Source: Camelus dromedarius | Taxonomy: Eukaryota | DNA: 64,000 bases | Assembly: GCF_036321535.1 (NCBI RefSeq) | Contig: NC_087472.1 | Location: 97,218,001-97,282,000, forward strand | Direction of reading: 5' to 3' | In this document: piece by piece, positions 37,461 to 49,141 of the stretch | How positions within the stretch are numbered: the first letter of the stretch is position 1 | Layout: each line of letters starts with the position of its first letter | Translations under genes and position numbers: made by a program | Notes under the pieces: model-generated | Database searches by the model: none | What the model was told of the DNA's origin: nothing | Seen by the model: only the letters and a program-made list of their open reading frames with translations

Positions 37461-40400
37461 TTTCCAGTTTTATTGAGAAATCACTGACATACAATATTGT
37501 ATAAATTTAAAGTACACGATGTGATTATTTGATATATGTATGCTTTGTGAAATAAGTACAATAGGTTTAGTTAACATCCATCACCTCATGCAGTTAGAAA
37601 ATATTTTTTAAATATAAAAAAGTATCGTTGGCTATAGTCATCATGCTGTACCTTACATCCCCAGAACTTATCTATCTTCAAACAGGACGTTTATATCTTT
37701 TGACCACCTTCACCCAGTTCCTCCTCCCCGACCCTACACCTTCCACCTCTGGCAACCACAAATCTGGCCTCTCTTTCTATGAATTTGATTTCTGTAGATT
37801 CCACATTTAAGTGAGATCACGTGGTATTTGTCTTTGTCTGACTTATTTCACTCAGTTTTATGCCATCAAGGTCCATCCACGTTGTCACAACTGTCAGAAT
37901 TTCCTTCTTTTTTAAGGCTGAAATGTATATATGTACCCCTGTGTGTGTGTGTCTGTGTATGTGTGCACACATATGTGTATAACCACATTTTCTTTATCCA
38001 TTCATCTGTCAATGGACACTTCTGTCTTGGATATTGTAAATAAAGCTGCAGTGAACATGGGAGTGAAGATGACTCTCTGGGATAATGATTTTGTTTCTTT
38101 TGTATATATACCCTGAAGTGGAGTTTCTAGATCATGTGATAGTTCTATTTTTAATCTTTTGAGAAGCTTATATACTGTTCTCCATATCTGTTGTACCAAT
38201 TTGCATTCCTACCCACAATGTGCAAACATTTGTTGTTCTCCACAGGCTTGCGAGCATTTGTTATCTCTTGTCTTTTTGATGATAGCCATCCTAACAGATG
38301 TGAGGTAACACCTCATTGTGGTTTTAGTTTGCCTTTCCTTACGAATTAGTGATGTTGAGCGCCATTTCATGTACCTGTTGGGCATTTGAATATTTTCTTT
38401 GGAAAAATGTCTATTCAGGTCATTTGCTCAGTTTTCAATTTGTACTACTTATTTGTTTGTTTTGGTATTGAGTTGTATGAGTTCCTTTATATAATTTGGA
38501 TGTTAACCCTAATCAGATATGTGGTTTGCAAATATTTTCTTCCATTCTGTAGGTTGTCTTTTCATTTTTTGTTGATTGTTTCTTTTGTTGTGCAGAGGCT
38601 TTTTAGTTTGATATAGTCCCACCTGTTTTTGATGTTGTTGTTTGTATGTTAGGTGTCACATCCAAAATCATTGCCAAGACCCATGTAAAGAAGACTTTCT
38701 TCAGTGCTTTCTTTTAAGGGTAGTATGGTTTCAGGCCTCATATTTAAATGTTTAATCCATTTCCAGTTAATTTTTGTGAGTGGTGTAAGTTAGGGGTCTA
38801 GTTTCATTCCTTTGCATGTGAATATTCAATTTTCCCAGTACTATGTATTAAAGAGACTGTCTTTTCTGCACTGAATATTCTTGATTCCCTTGTCAAATAT
38901 TCTTTGACCCTATATGAATGCATTTATTTCTGGGCTCTTGATTCTGTTCAGTTGATCTGTTTCTTTTTGTGCTGGTACCATATTGTTTTGATTACTATAG
39001 CTTTGGAATATAGTTTGAAATCAGAAAGTGTGATGCCTCCAGCTTTGTTCTTTCTTAGGATGGCTTTGGCTATTTGGAGTGTTTTGAATTTCCATACAAA
39101 TTTTAGGATTACTTTTTCTGTTTTTATAAAAAATACTATTGGACCTCTTGATAGGGATTGCATTGAATCTGTAGATGACTTTCAGTAGTATGACTATTTT
39201 AACAAATCAATTCTAATTCATGCACATGGGATATCTTTCCATTTATTTTCTGTCTTCTTCAATTCCTTTCAATAAATATTTTATAGTTTTCAGTGTACAA
39301 ATACTTCATTTCCTTGGTTAAATGTATTCCTAAGAATTTTATTGTTTTTGATGCTGTGATAAATGGGATTATTTTATTTCTCTTTCAGTTAATTCATGGT
39401 TAATGTATATAAATTATATTAATTTTTCACATGTTGCTTTTGCATTCTGCAATTTTAATAAATTTTTTTATTAGATCCAGCAATTTTTGAGTGGAGTCTT
39501 TAGCATTTTCTGTATATAAAATCATGTCATCTGCAAATGGAAACAGTTTTACATCTTCCTTTCCAACTCTAATGCCTTTAATTTCTCTTTCTTGCCTGAC
39601 TGCCCTGACTAGGATTTTTCTACTACTGTGTATAAGTAGTGGTGAGTGTAAGAACCCTTTCTTGTTCCTGAACTTAGAGGAAATGTTTTCGGTCTTTACC
39701 ATTGAGTATGATACTAACTGTGGGCTTATCATATATGGCCTTTATTATATTAAGGTATATTCCTTGTATACCTAATCTGTTGAGAGTTTTTATCATGAGT
39801 GAATATTGAATTTTATCAAATGCTTTTTCTGTATCTGTTGAGATGATCTTATAATTTTAATCCTTTATTCTATTAATGTAATGTATCACATTGATTTACA
39901 TATGTTGAACCATACTGTTACTCATTCATGGATAAATCCCACTTGATCATGGTGTATGATCCTTTTGATGTGCTGCTGAATTTGGTTTGCTTGTATTTTC
40001 TTGAGAACTTTTGCATCTATATTCATCAGGGATATTGGCCTGTAATTTTCTTTTCTTGTAGTGTCATTATCTGACTTTGTTATCAGAGAAATACAGGCCT
40101 TGTAAAATGTGTAAAATAAGATTGCAAGTGTTTCCTCCTCTTCAGTTTTTTGGAATAGTTTGTGAAAGATTGGTATCAGTACTTCTTTAAATGTTTGGTA
40201 AAATTACCAAAGAAGAATTCTGGTCCTGAGCTTTTATTTCTTGGGAGCTTCTTGATTACTGATTCATTCTCCTTACTTATTACTGGTGTGTTCACATTTT
40301 CTATTTTCTTCATGATCCAGTCTTGGTAGGTGGTATGTTGCCAGGAATTTATACATTTCTTCTAGGTTGTTCAGTTTGTTGGTATGTGGGGTTGACTTGC

Positions 40401-41600
40401 CGACCTCCCTATGTAGTAAAAAAAATCCATATATAAATTTTGACTTCCCCCAAACTGAACTACTAATAGCTTGCTATTGACCAAAAGCCTTACTGATGGC
40501 ATGCACAGTTCATTGACACACGTTTTGTATGTTATATGTATTGTATACTGTATTCTTACAAAAAAGTAAGCTAGAGAAAAGAAAATGTTATTAAGAAAGT
40601 CATAAGAAAAAAGACATTTTTAGTACTATATTGTATTTATCAGTACTGTAAGTTTATTTTGTCTGTTTAGATGATGAATTGTCTATCTATTAGTAACTAC
40701 ATCAATACTGTCTTTATGATACAAAACACTGAAGATTTTATATTATCCCTAACACTAGACATCAAAATGAAAAGATAATGTGAAAAAGAAATTCATGTTT
40801 ATTTACAGGTTTAATGATTCGTGCATTGATGCAAAGAAGCAACAGTATGATTGCTTTATGGTAGCCTAGTGTAATCAATACTATTGCTTCATGGTAGCCT
40901 AGCCAATTTACTAGTGAATGAATCTTCATAAAATGTTTATGGCATACAGTATTACGGTTATATTCATAATACAGTACTGGAGACATTGTTACATTAAAAA
41001 AACACTTACCTATGATGATAGGCTGATATGCAGTTTTTCCAATTATGAGAGAGAGACGCATACTGTATGATAACATTAGTTTTCTTATTTGAAAACAAAG
41101 TTATAAAACAGTAAGAAAACTAATGCACTATTAATTTTATATTAAATTACTCACCTTATGCCTATGTAAGGATAGTCTAGTATCTATATTTTATGCACTC
41201 ATGACACACCTAACTTTTACATTTTTTTGGTATTTCTAGACTATGTGGTTTGTTTGTGATATTTTTCAAATTGTTGCAAGTCTCCAAAAGTTTTCCTATA
41301 TATTTATTAAAAACACATGTATAAGCGGACCTGTGCAGTTCAAACTCATGTTGTTCATGAGTCAGCTGTAGTTATTTGTAATAGTCTCTTATGATCTTTG
41401 AATTTCTGTCGTTGTAATGTCTCCTCTTTCATTTATAATTTTATTGATTTGGGTCCTTTCTCATTTTTTCTTGGATTGTCTAGCTAAAGATTTGCCAATT
41501 TTGTTTATCTTTTCAAAGAACCCAACTATTGATTTTGCTAATCTTTTCTACGGTTTTCCTGTTCTTTATTTCATTTATTTCTACTCTAATCTTTCTTTAT
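37461..41600 (-). mobile_element. 5'-truncated LINE-1 (L1MA-type), ORF2 RT/C-terminal region plus 3' UTR, disabled
   Basis: ORF-track peptides 39427-39732 (LFPFADDMILYTENAKDSTQKLLDLI, RT FADD motif), 38948-39163 ([36 protein letters not shown]) and 38002-38199 (FTPMFTAALFTI); 16-bp TSD at 37445-37460 / 41601-41616. Confidence 0.93.
40385..41368 (-). mobile_element. Tigger2-family non-autonomous TcMar DNA transposon nested in L1
   Basis: Right end ...gtgcagttcaaactcatgttgttcatgagtcagctg|TA (TIR); left part aaaatccatatataaattttgacttccccc..aactactaatagc...aagtaagctagagaaaagaaaatgttattaagaaa; L1 resumes on both sides. Confidence 0.85.
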
Positions 41601-41727
41601 TCACGTAGAGGCATTTAAATATAGTAGTCCCACTACCCAATTAAATCAGAATCTCTGGGCCCAGGCATGAGCTTTTGTAAAAAAAACTCCTCCTGTGGTT
41701 CTGATGTTCAGCCAGGGTTAAGCACTG
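41601..41727. mobile_element. MER5-family MITE, right part
   Basis: ccaattaaatcagaatctctgggcccaggcat...ggttctgatgttcagccagggttaagcactg. Confidence 0.8.
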
Positions 41728-42310
41728 ATCTAGGTGATCTCCCCTGATTCATGGCTTTTTAAAAATATTATCTGTAGGAAGATGATGTGCAAATATTTCT
41801 CTAGCCCAAACAACTCCTCATTGCTCCCCCTAACGTGTGTTCGACTGCCTACTCAATTTCCCTTCTAGAATGTCTCAAAAGCACCTCAAACTCAAATATC
41901 TGATTCTCTTATAGTGTCTTCTGTTACACTTAATAGACTCATCACACATCCCCTAGATAGACCGAAAACATAGGAATCATTTTTAGTTTATATGTCTCTT
42001 TTTCCTTCTGTATCTATTTCCACCATTAAGCCTTGTCAGTTTCACCTCTTAAATCTCTTGAATTCATTATATCTACCTGTCTTCATAACCCATATCCTAG
42101 TCTACAACATCATCTGGTGTCAAGCAGATTATTGGAATAGCTTCTAACAGCTCTCTCATTTCTAATCTCATCCTTCTAATTGTCTGCGCTGTAGCAAATA
42201 AGCAGCTGTTTTAAAAGGCACATATAACTCCTCTCCTCACCTCAATAATTTAAAAACCTTTTCATAAGTGTACATTTCTGTTAGCATGAAACAGAATCAC
42301 CATAACATGG
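41728..42310 (+). mobile_element. L2 LINE, right part (continuation of 36930-37412)
   Basis: ctaggtgatctcccctgattcatggcttt...tgatgtgcaaatat..ctagccc...actgcctactcaatt...gcacctcaaactcaaatat. Confidence 0.8.
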
Positions 42311-42312
42311 TC

Positions 42313-42440
42313 ATATCAGTTTAGCATTCTTCAGTTGCAAGCAACAGAACTTGATTTGGGTTAATTTAAACAAATAGAAATTATTAAATGAATATTGGAT
42401 GCTCTCAGAATTGATGGAAAGGTGAGATAACTTGAAAGCA
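42313..42440 (-). mobile_element. MaLR (MLT1L/N-type) LTR fragment
   Basis: ttcagttgcaagcaacagaac...ttaaacaaatagaaattatt...ctctcagaattg. Confidence 0.45.
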
Positions 42441-42564
42441 GAAAGGAAGGAAAGCTACTTTGTGTTTGGGGGTGCAGAGAGGGTGAGAGGATAAGAAATT
42501 GAAACAGCAGACATTTTTTCATATTAGGAGTAGTCTGCTCTTGATATAGCTTCTTAACTAGTTC

Positions 42565-42690
42565 AGTGATGAATGTATTATATAATCTAGGACATGTTGG
42601 AAAATGAAATAGAATACTAATTATGATTATGCCAGGTAAAAGGGCATAACCAGGATCGTGTCAGGTAAATTGGAATCTCCAGTCAACCTA
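42565..42690. mobile_element. MER81-type hAT element
   Basis: ctaggacatgttggaaaatgaaa...attatgccaggtaaaagggcataaccaggatcgtgtcaggtaaattgg...gtcaaccta. Confidence 0.55.
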
Positions 42691-42694
42691 ATAA

Positions 42695-42869
42695 ATGACT
42701 ATGGCCCTGGATGACATCTTGACCTCAACCTCATGAGAGACCCTGAGTCAAAAACATCTAGCTAGGCTATTCCTGAATTCCTTACCCATAGAAACTGTCA
42801 GACAATAAATATTTACTTTTAAGTCAGTAGGTTTTGAAATAATTTGTTATACAGCAATAAATATCTAAT
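42695..42869 (+). mobile_element. MLT1E/F-type LTR 3' part
   Basis: gacatcttgacctcaacctcatgagagaccctgag...ttcctgaattccttacccatagaaactg...aatttgttatacagcaataaatatctaata. Confidence 0.8.
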
Positions 42870-45359
42870 AAAATATTTTACTTACGTGATGGATAAAAAA
42901 ATTTTTCCCCACTCAGGTGCTGCCTCCCCAAGGGCATTATTTTTGTTCCTTTCACTATTTCATATCCACATTTTTTGTGAATAAATCAATGAATAACTGA
43001 ATCACTGTCATTTGACTATATCTTGTGAGCCACTGTGCTGGAATTACTGACTGGTTCTCTTGGACTGACTTATACAGAGCCTTTCAGAAAGCCACGAGCT
43101 TATGGGTGTTTGGAAAATAAAATTTGATAATTGTGAAAAGAAAACCCCTAGCTGTTCACCTGCTTGACTATCTCATTAGATCCAAACTTTATTTTAGAGA
43201 CGGGTATTATATTTTCAATGACCGAATAAATAGGTCATACAGAAGCTGTCATTTTTAAACCATAAAGGTTTTGGAAAGACAGACACTGTCACAAGCAGGA
43301 GTTGTGCTGTGAATAATGCGATTTAAAATAATCTCAGGCAAAGAGTAGGCCTAGTTAAACTAGACAGTATCCTACCACTTGCACAGTTGTTTTTTATGAA
43401 TGACTTCTGCAGCTTTGGCTCCTTGATCTTCATGCAAAATTAACTTAGCTGTCATCAAAATTTTATGGTCTATAAACTAAGCCACTTCAGCTTTGCGTCA
43501 CCCATATGACACACTGAAGTGTGACCAGAGGAGAGAGCATAAGCCATGACAGAAATGAGAAAATGGTGGTGGGAGAACTATGACATAAACGATAAACAAA
43601 CAATGTGCATAAAGATATGAAAAAGGCATTTGCAAGCTGGCATTCTATTGCAAAGACTTTTTCCCCCACTGTGGGGAAAAAGTGGTGAGTAGAAGCAAGG
43701 AGAAAAAAAGACTGTAAGGTTACTTATTCAAGACAGGTAACTTATTAATGAGTAGAACTACTGTATTGGTTAGATACTGGCTATACTGCTTAGGAAGATA
43801 TAGCATAAAGTAATTTTAACATAACAAAGGAGGGAAAGCCCTCAATTAGACAAGACCACCGAATTCCTTAAGGAGATTTGTCTGGTTTATTTCCATATTT
43901 CTCATAGCTGAGCAAACCAAATTTCAAAGTGCAATGAACCCTTGGATGGCATATTGTAATTAATGAAATAGTATTAAAAGGATTGATTTCATATATGATA
44001 ACATCTTATGAATTTGTCATCTCGTATGATGCTAACTTTGAATGACTGTTCCCTAAGGTAAACCTAACTGCCTGAATTATCTTGTACCTTGCAGAAAAAT
44101 TCAGCCTTCAAACCCTCAAAAGGCCTTTTCAACCTTTACAGCTTATGCTATTAGTGTTACATGGGATTTGTTTATGGGCAGGCATCACTTATGAGCCAAT
44201 GTCGTACTTTAAAAAAAGCAAATTAGGTTGTCTCTCTGTTCTCTTCATGCTGATCATGTTGAGAGCTGCAAACTAAAACTCCCATGTATTAACTGACAAA
44301 ACTTAGATTTTAAAATAAACTGCCACTTTAAAATCATTCTGCTTCAAGGGAAAAAACACATTTTAAATGTCACATAGTCTACAAATGAAACTCTAACAAT
44401 GTATGCTGTTTTTGTAGTTTCTTTTAATTGTGTTAATTATAATTCATTTTTTTCTAGAAAAAATTAAAACAATATTTCTCAGTAAAATGGTTGTCAGCTA
44501 CCTGACTTAACTTGAATATTCAGTATGGAATTCTTCTATAATAAATTCTGACTATTATAGTCCTTCTTTCCATCAGTGCCCAACAATCTGATATATGTTG
44601 TAGAAATGTGCCTGCATGAATTTCATGCCCTGGCTTTTTACCTTAATAAACATTGGAACTAATTAGTGCTAGTCAGAAGTGACACTTTCCCCATTTGCCC
44701 TTGCGTCCAGGAATAGTTTATTAGGGTTCCCTAAGATCCCATTTTGCTTTAGTTGTAACCTAACAATTTTTGTACTTTGGATAACTTAAACTCTGAATTG
44801 GAATATCATTTATCCCCGAGGAGAACACTGTGGATGATTTCTAACTAAAAGGAGGAGAGTAGGTAGGTGAAGAAGACTGTTGACTAAAACACACTCCCAC
44901 GTAGTCAAAATCCAATCTGAAATGCTATTGGAGCACAGGAGAGGAACACTTAGCTCAGCCTGAAAAGAGCAGGAGGCTCCGCAGAAAGCTTCTCAAAGTA
45001 AGATTGGATAGGAAGACAAGGGAGGAAGGATGAAGAGACTGTCAAATCAGTTCAGGTCAGATGAATTACCCAAATGAGAAAATACTTTGGGTTTCTAGAG
45101 GACTTTGGAATTGTGGACTAGGGATTGTGGATCTGTGATACCTTTATTTTATAAATAAGAAGACTAAAGCCTGGAATTTTTAAGTAACTTTCTGGAGAGG
45201 ACCTCTCTTAACTGCTTGGAAGAGGAATATGTGATTCAGACAGTAGTTATAGAAGACAGGGAAAAATTAAGAATGTTAATGACCAAGCAAAGATTATTAT
45301 AAAAAATAACCTAATTTAGCCAATTGCTTCTGTCTCTTCTGGTAATATATTTGTAGTGG

Positions 45360-45595
45360 AGTAGTGTTGAATTGTGATTAAGAGCACAGGTTCTGGAGCC
45401 GGACTGCCTAGATTTGCATCCCTGTTCTACCACTTACGAACCCTGGGACTTGGAGCAAATTAGTTCATCTTTCAGTTTGTAACATTCTATAAAATGAGTA
45501 TAAACACTGGTTGTTGTAGGGGTTAAATGAGTTAATACATTCAAGTACTTAAGAGTGTCTAGCACATAGTTAAGTACTTAACAAAGTTACTACAT
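45360..45595 (+). mobile_element. MIR SINE, near full length
   Basis: gtgattaagagcacaggttctggagccggactgcctagatttgcatccctgttctaccactta...ttaaatgagttaatacat...tctagcacatag. Confidence 0.85.
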
Positions 45596-47344
45596 ATTTG
45601 TTTATTCATATTAGTATCTCTGGAATTCCCCCTTTGATAATATGAATATGAACTATCAACCAGGAGAAAAATGCATGTGGCTGAATTTCACTTTGTTTAC
45701 CTCTTGATGCATCTTTTCTTGAGGAGATCCTAATGTATACATTAGGTTTTTAATTCAAGTAAAGGCTAAAGAATAAAGGTAAGATGATTCATACTGGAAA
45801 AACAGATGTGTGGAAACTGTGTTTTTTATTTAAGGAGATTTTTTAAAAATGCATTTCTCCTTTATGCATTATACCAACTCAAATTATTTTGCTATTTTGA
45901 AGACTCTATTTGATATTAATATCTCTTAAAAGGAGACAACCCAGAGTTTGAGGTAATTTCAAAATAAAGTTAAGTTTTAATTGGGAATAGAATTTGGATC
46001 TCCTGGATTGCTCTCTGCTTGTGTTCAATTGAGGCAATCACAAATATTCAAATCTGAGGCACTTAGAAGAAGCATTGGGCTGCAATGACATTTTTAAAAG
46101 AATTTCATTAATACGGCTAATTCAGATCTCTTTTTTTTCTCTCCCTCCCTTTCAGAATCCTAGAAAATAAAACCAGTAAACAAATGTTACTATCAGTGAC
46201 CTTGAGAAAGAGTTTAAATGCAAATTGCTCAATTTTTCTCAGGTTCCAAATGGGAGAGAATAAGGGTTGCAGGGCAGTTTTTCTTTTCCAGTCTCATTAA
46301 GCGTGTCTTCTGGGGGTTGCAAATTAAAGTAGCCTTTTGTTAAATCTGTAAAGGATCCTGGTATGGAAACCTAGGGCCATAGTTGACTTTTTAATATTTC
46401 TTTCACCCTGAAGGGCTAATATTCTCACGGCATTTTAGTTCAGCTTCGGCTTTCTCTGTCTCTTGTGACAGTATCTCAGGTTTTACAGCTGTGACTACAT
46501 TATTAAATGAGAATGCCAAGCAAAGAGAGGCACACGCCAGTCAAACTGACACTGAACTCAGATGTCAATGTTATACCAAGGAAATGAAATAAGGTCTTTG
46601 ACTATTTCCCAGCTTTCTGCCCTCAGGCCTGTAGTAGTTTCTTATTTTTTTTTTTTTTACTGTATTAAATCAGATTCAATCCCTGAGATATCATAGAAAT
46701 TTAAACATTTTAATAAATAGGAATAATTGAAGGTTTAAAATATTTCTTCTCTTAGGAATGTAATTATATTGGTAAAATATTTATTTACCTAATCTAAAAT
46801 CCAGATGTAGATATGACAAGTTACTAGATAATGAATTATTTTCCCCCCTACTCCTCTGTAATTACCCCATAGGCAGCCATTTTAGCGTCTTTCTATTGCC
46901 AAATGTGTATTGCTGTTTTGCATATGTCCATTTTAGTTTACTTTAAAGGTTATTTTAAAAATTTATTTCTTTCTTTTCCTAAGCACTTATATTTGGGAAC
47001 CTTCATGTTATTAAAATATGTATTTTTGAATATTCATGTTCTAGTCCTATTTAAAGTGACATCCATGTGATGTGTTAATTGAAGATTTTTGGGAAAAGCT
47101 TTCTGACTGAAAGCACATTTCTCATTGATACCCAATCGTTGACAGTGTTTCAAAACACATTTGGAAAGAGTAATAAACTGAGTTACAAAAACATCTTTAA
47201 CTTGGTTAAAGTGTCACTCTAATATCTAGAAGTTTATTGACTAATGTCCTATTACAACCATTCTTGCTATGCCTGTGGAAATTATTGTTAAATCAGATGT
47301 AATGGGTTGAGTTACTTAAATTCCTCAGTTCAAGGCACATAATC

Positions 47345-47889
47345 GGTCAATGCAATGTCCCTCTTGTTTTATTGGTCTCTTTATTATCCTTTTTTCTTCC
47401 AAATCCCTATTCCCAATCTTCTCCCCTACACACAGGCAAACATTTAATCAAATAAGGTCTACCCTTCATTTCTATGTGTTCTAGAAAACATGTTTTCTGT
47501 GTATGAATTTTTAATAAAAATATTTTATTTTTCAGCACTATAATTTTTTTATATTCTATTCATGTTACTGTGTGTACCCTCTTGCTTCAGACTACTGCAT
47601 AATCCATTTTAGGGTTTCATCATATTTTACTTACTCATTTCCCTGGTGATGAAACACAAATTATCTTCAGCTCCTTGCTACCCCAAACAATGTTGTGATA
47701 AATATCCTTGTACATGTCTTCTTACAGACTGTAAGAAAATTTCTCAGGAGTATATAGCCAGGAGTGAGAATTCAGAGTCAGATGGTATAGATACACTTAG
47801 TCTGTTTCAGCACTGCCAGATCGCTTTCTAGAATACCCATGCTTGTCTATACTCTATATTACCACATGTCCCTTAATGCTTGAAATTAT
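47345..47889 (-). mobile_element. Old L1 (L1MD/ME-type) 3' region, segment 1
   Basis: ctattcatgttactgtgtgt...aaatatccttgtacatgtct...aggagtatatagccaggagtgagaatt...actgccagatcgctttctagaa. Confidence 0.65.
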
Positions 47890-47894
47890 CCAGC

Positions 47895-48423
47895 TGTGGC
47901 ATATTGCGTTTTCCAAAGATGTCTGCAACAGTATCTCCCATCCCACATGTTTCTCTGGAAACTTGCCACTCACCTTCAAGAAGTCAAGTCCAGTTTTCCT
48001 TCCCTTGATCATAAGCAGGCTTTTGTGAGTGTTTTGGTCAAAAAGAATGTGGTAAAAGTAACATTATGTGACTTTTGAGGCCAGATTATGAAAGGTGATT
48101 GAGTTTCTGTCTTGCTTGCCATGGATCTCTGAGCTTACCATGTGTGAGATATGACTTCCCTGAGGCCACCTTGCTATGAGGAAATCTAAACTAGCCTATA
48201 TTATAGACCACAAGGAGAAGGCTGTATGAGGAGAGAGAGATGTCTGGTCATTCCCTAGTTTCTCTAGCTCCAGACACCTTTTGATTCTGGGCCACAGCTT
48301 CTCAGCCAAACCATTCCTGGATCCTTGACCCACAGAGATCATGAGAAATAATAAAATGATTGTAGTTGTTTTGAGCAACTACGTTTTGTGTTAATTTCTT
48401 ATACAGCAATAGTAACATAAATA
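47895..48423 (+). mobile_element. MLT1F/G-type MaLR solo LTR nested in old L1
   Basis: tgtggcatattgcgttttccaaagatg...agaatgtggtaaaagtaacattatgtgacttttgaggc...ttatacagcaatagtaacataaata; TSD ccagc (47890-47894) / ccagt (48424-48428). Confidence 0.85.
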
Positions 48424-48428
48424 CCAGT

Positions 48429-48676
48429 TTTCTAATTTTTGCTAATCTGATAGAAATAAAGTGATAGATTAATTACTAGTGAGCTTGAGCATCTCTTAAT
48501 ATGCTTGAGTTAATTGCTTTCTTGAATTAATTGCCTGTTCATTTTCTTTGCCCATTTTATTTTGGGTCCTTGTTTAGAAGGTGTTCCTTTCATATTCCAG
48601 ATGTTAATCCCTGTCAGTTTTAACATTACATATTTTTCTTCTCTTCTCTCATCTATCTGTTAACTCTGTCATTTGA
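48429..48676 (-). mobile_element. Old L1 segment 2
   Basis: ttttgctaatctgatag...ttactagtgagcttgagcatctctt...ttgcctgttcattttctttgcccatttt. Confidence 0.65.
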
Positions 48677-48693
48677 CAGAATCCTTCATTTTG

Positions 48694-49094
48694 TTGTTAT
48701 TGAGGTATAGTTGATTTACAATATTTTCAGTGGTACAACACAGTGATTCAGTATTTTTATAGATGATGCTCCATTTAAGGTTATTATAGAACATTGGCTG
48801 TATTCCTGTGCTGTATAATATATCCTTGTTGCTTATTTACTTATACACAGTAGTTTGTACTTCTGAACCCCCTATCTTTATCTTGCCTCATCCCACTGGT
48901 AACTACAAGTTTGTTCTCTGTATCTGTGAGTCTGCTTCTGTTTTGTTTTATTTTTTAGATTCTACATATAAATGATAACATACATTATTTGTCTTTCTCT
49001 GTCTGACTTACTTCACTAAGCATAATACCCTCCAGGTCCGTTCATATTGTTGCAAATGGCAGAATTTCACTATTTTTTATGGCCAAGTAATATT

Positions 49095-49141
<47 letters not shown>

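Noticed and set aside
40850..40903. Twofold attgctt(t/c)atggtagcctag direct repeat
   Set aside because: Lies inside the Tigger2 element and is probably part of its consensus; cannot be verified without alignment.
46156..46300. Very strong acceptor-like tract ctctttttttttctctccctccctttcag
   Set aside because: No convincing donor follows and the frame reads as random sequence; isolated pyrimidine tracts are common.
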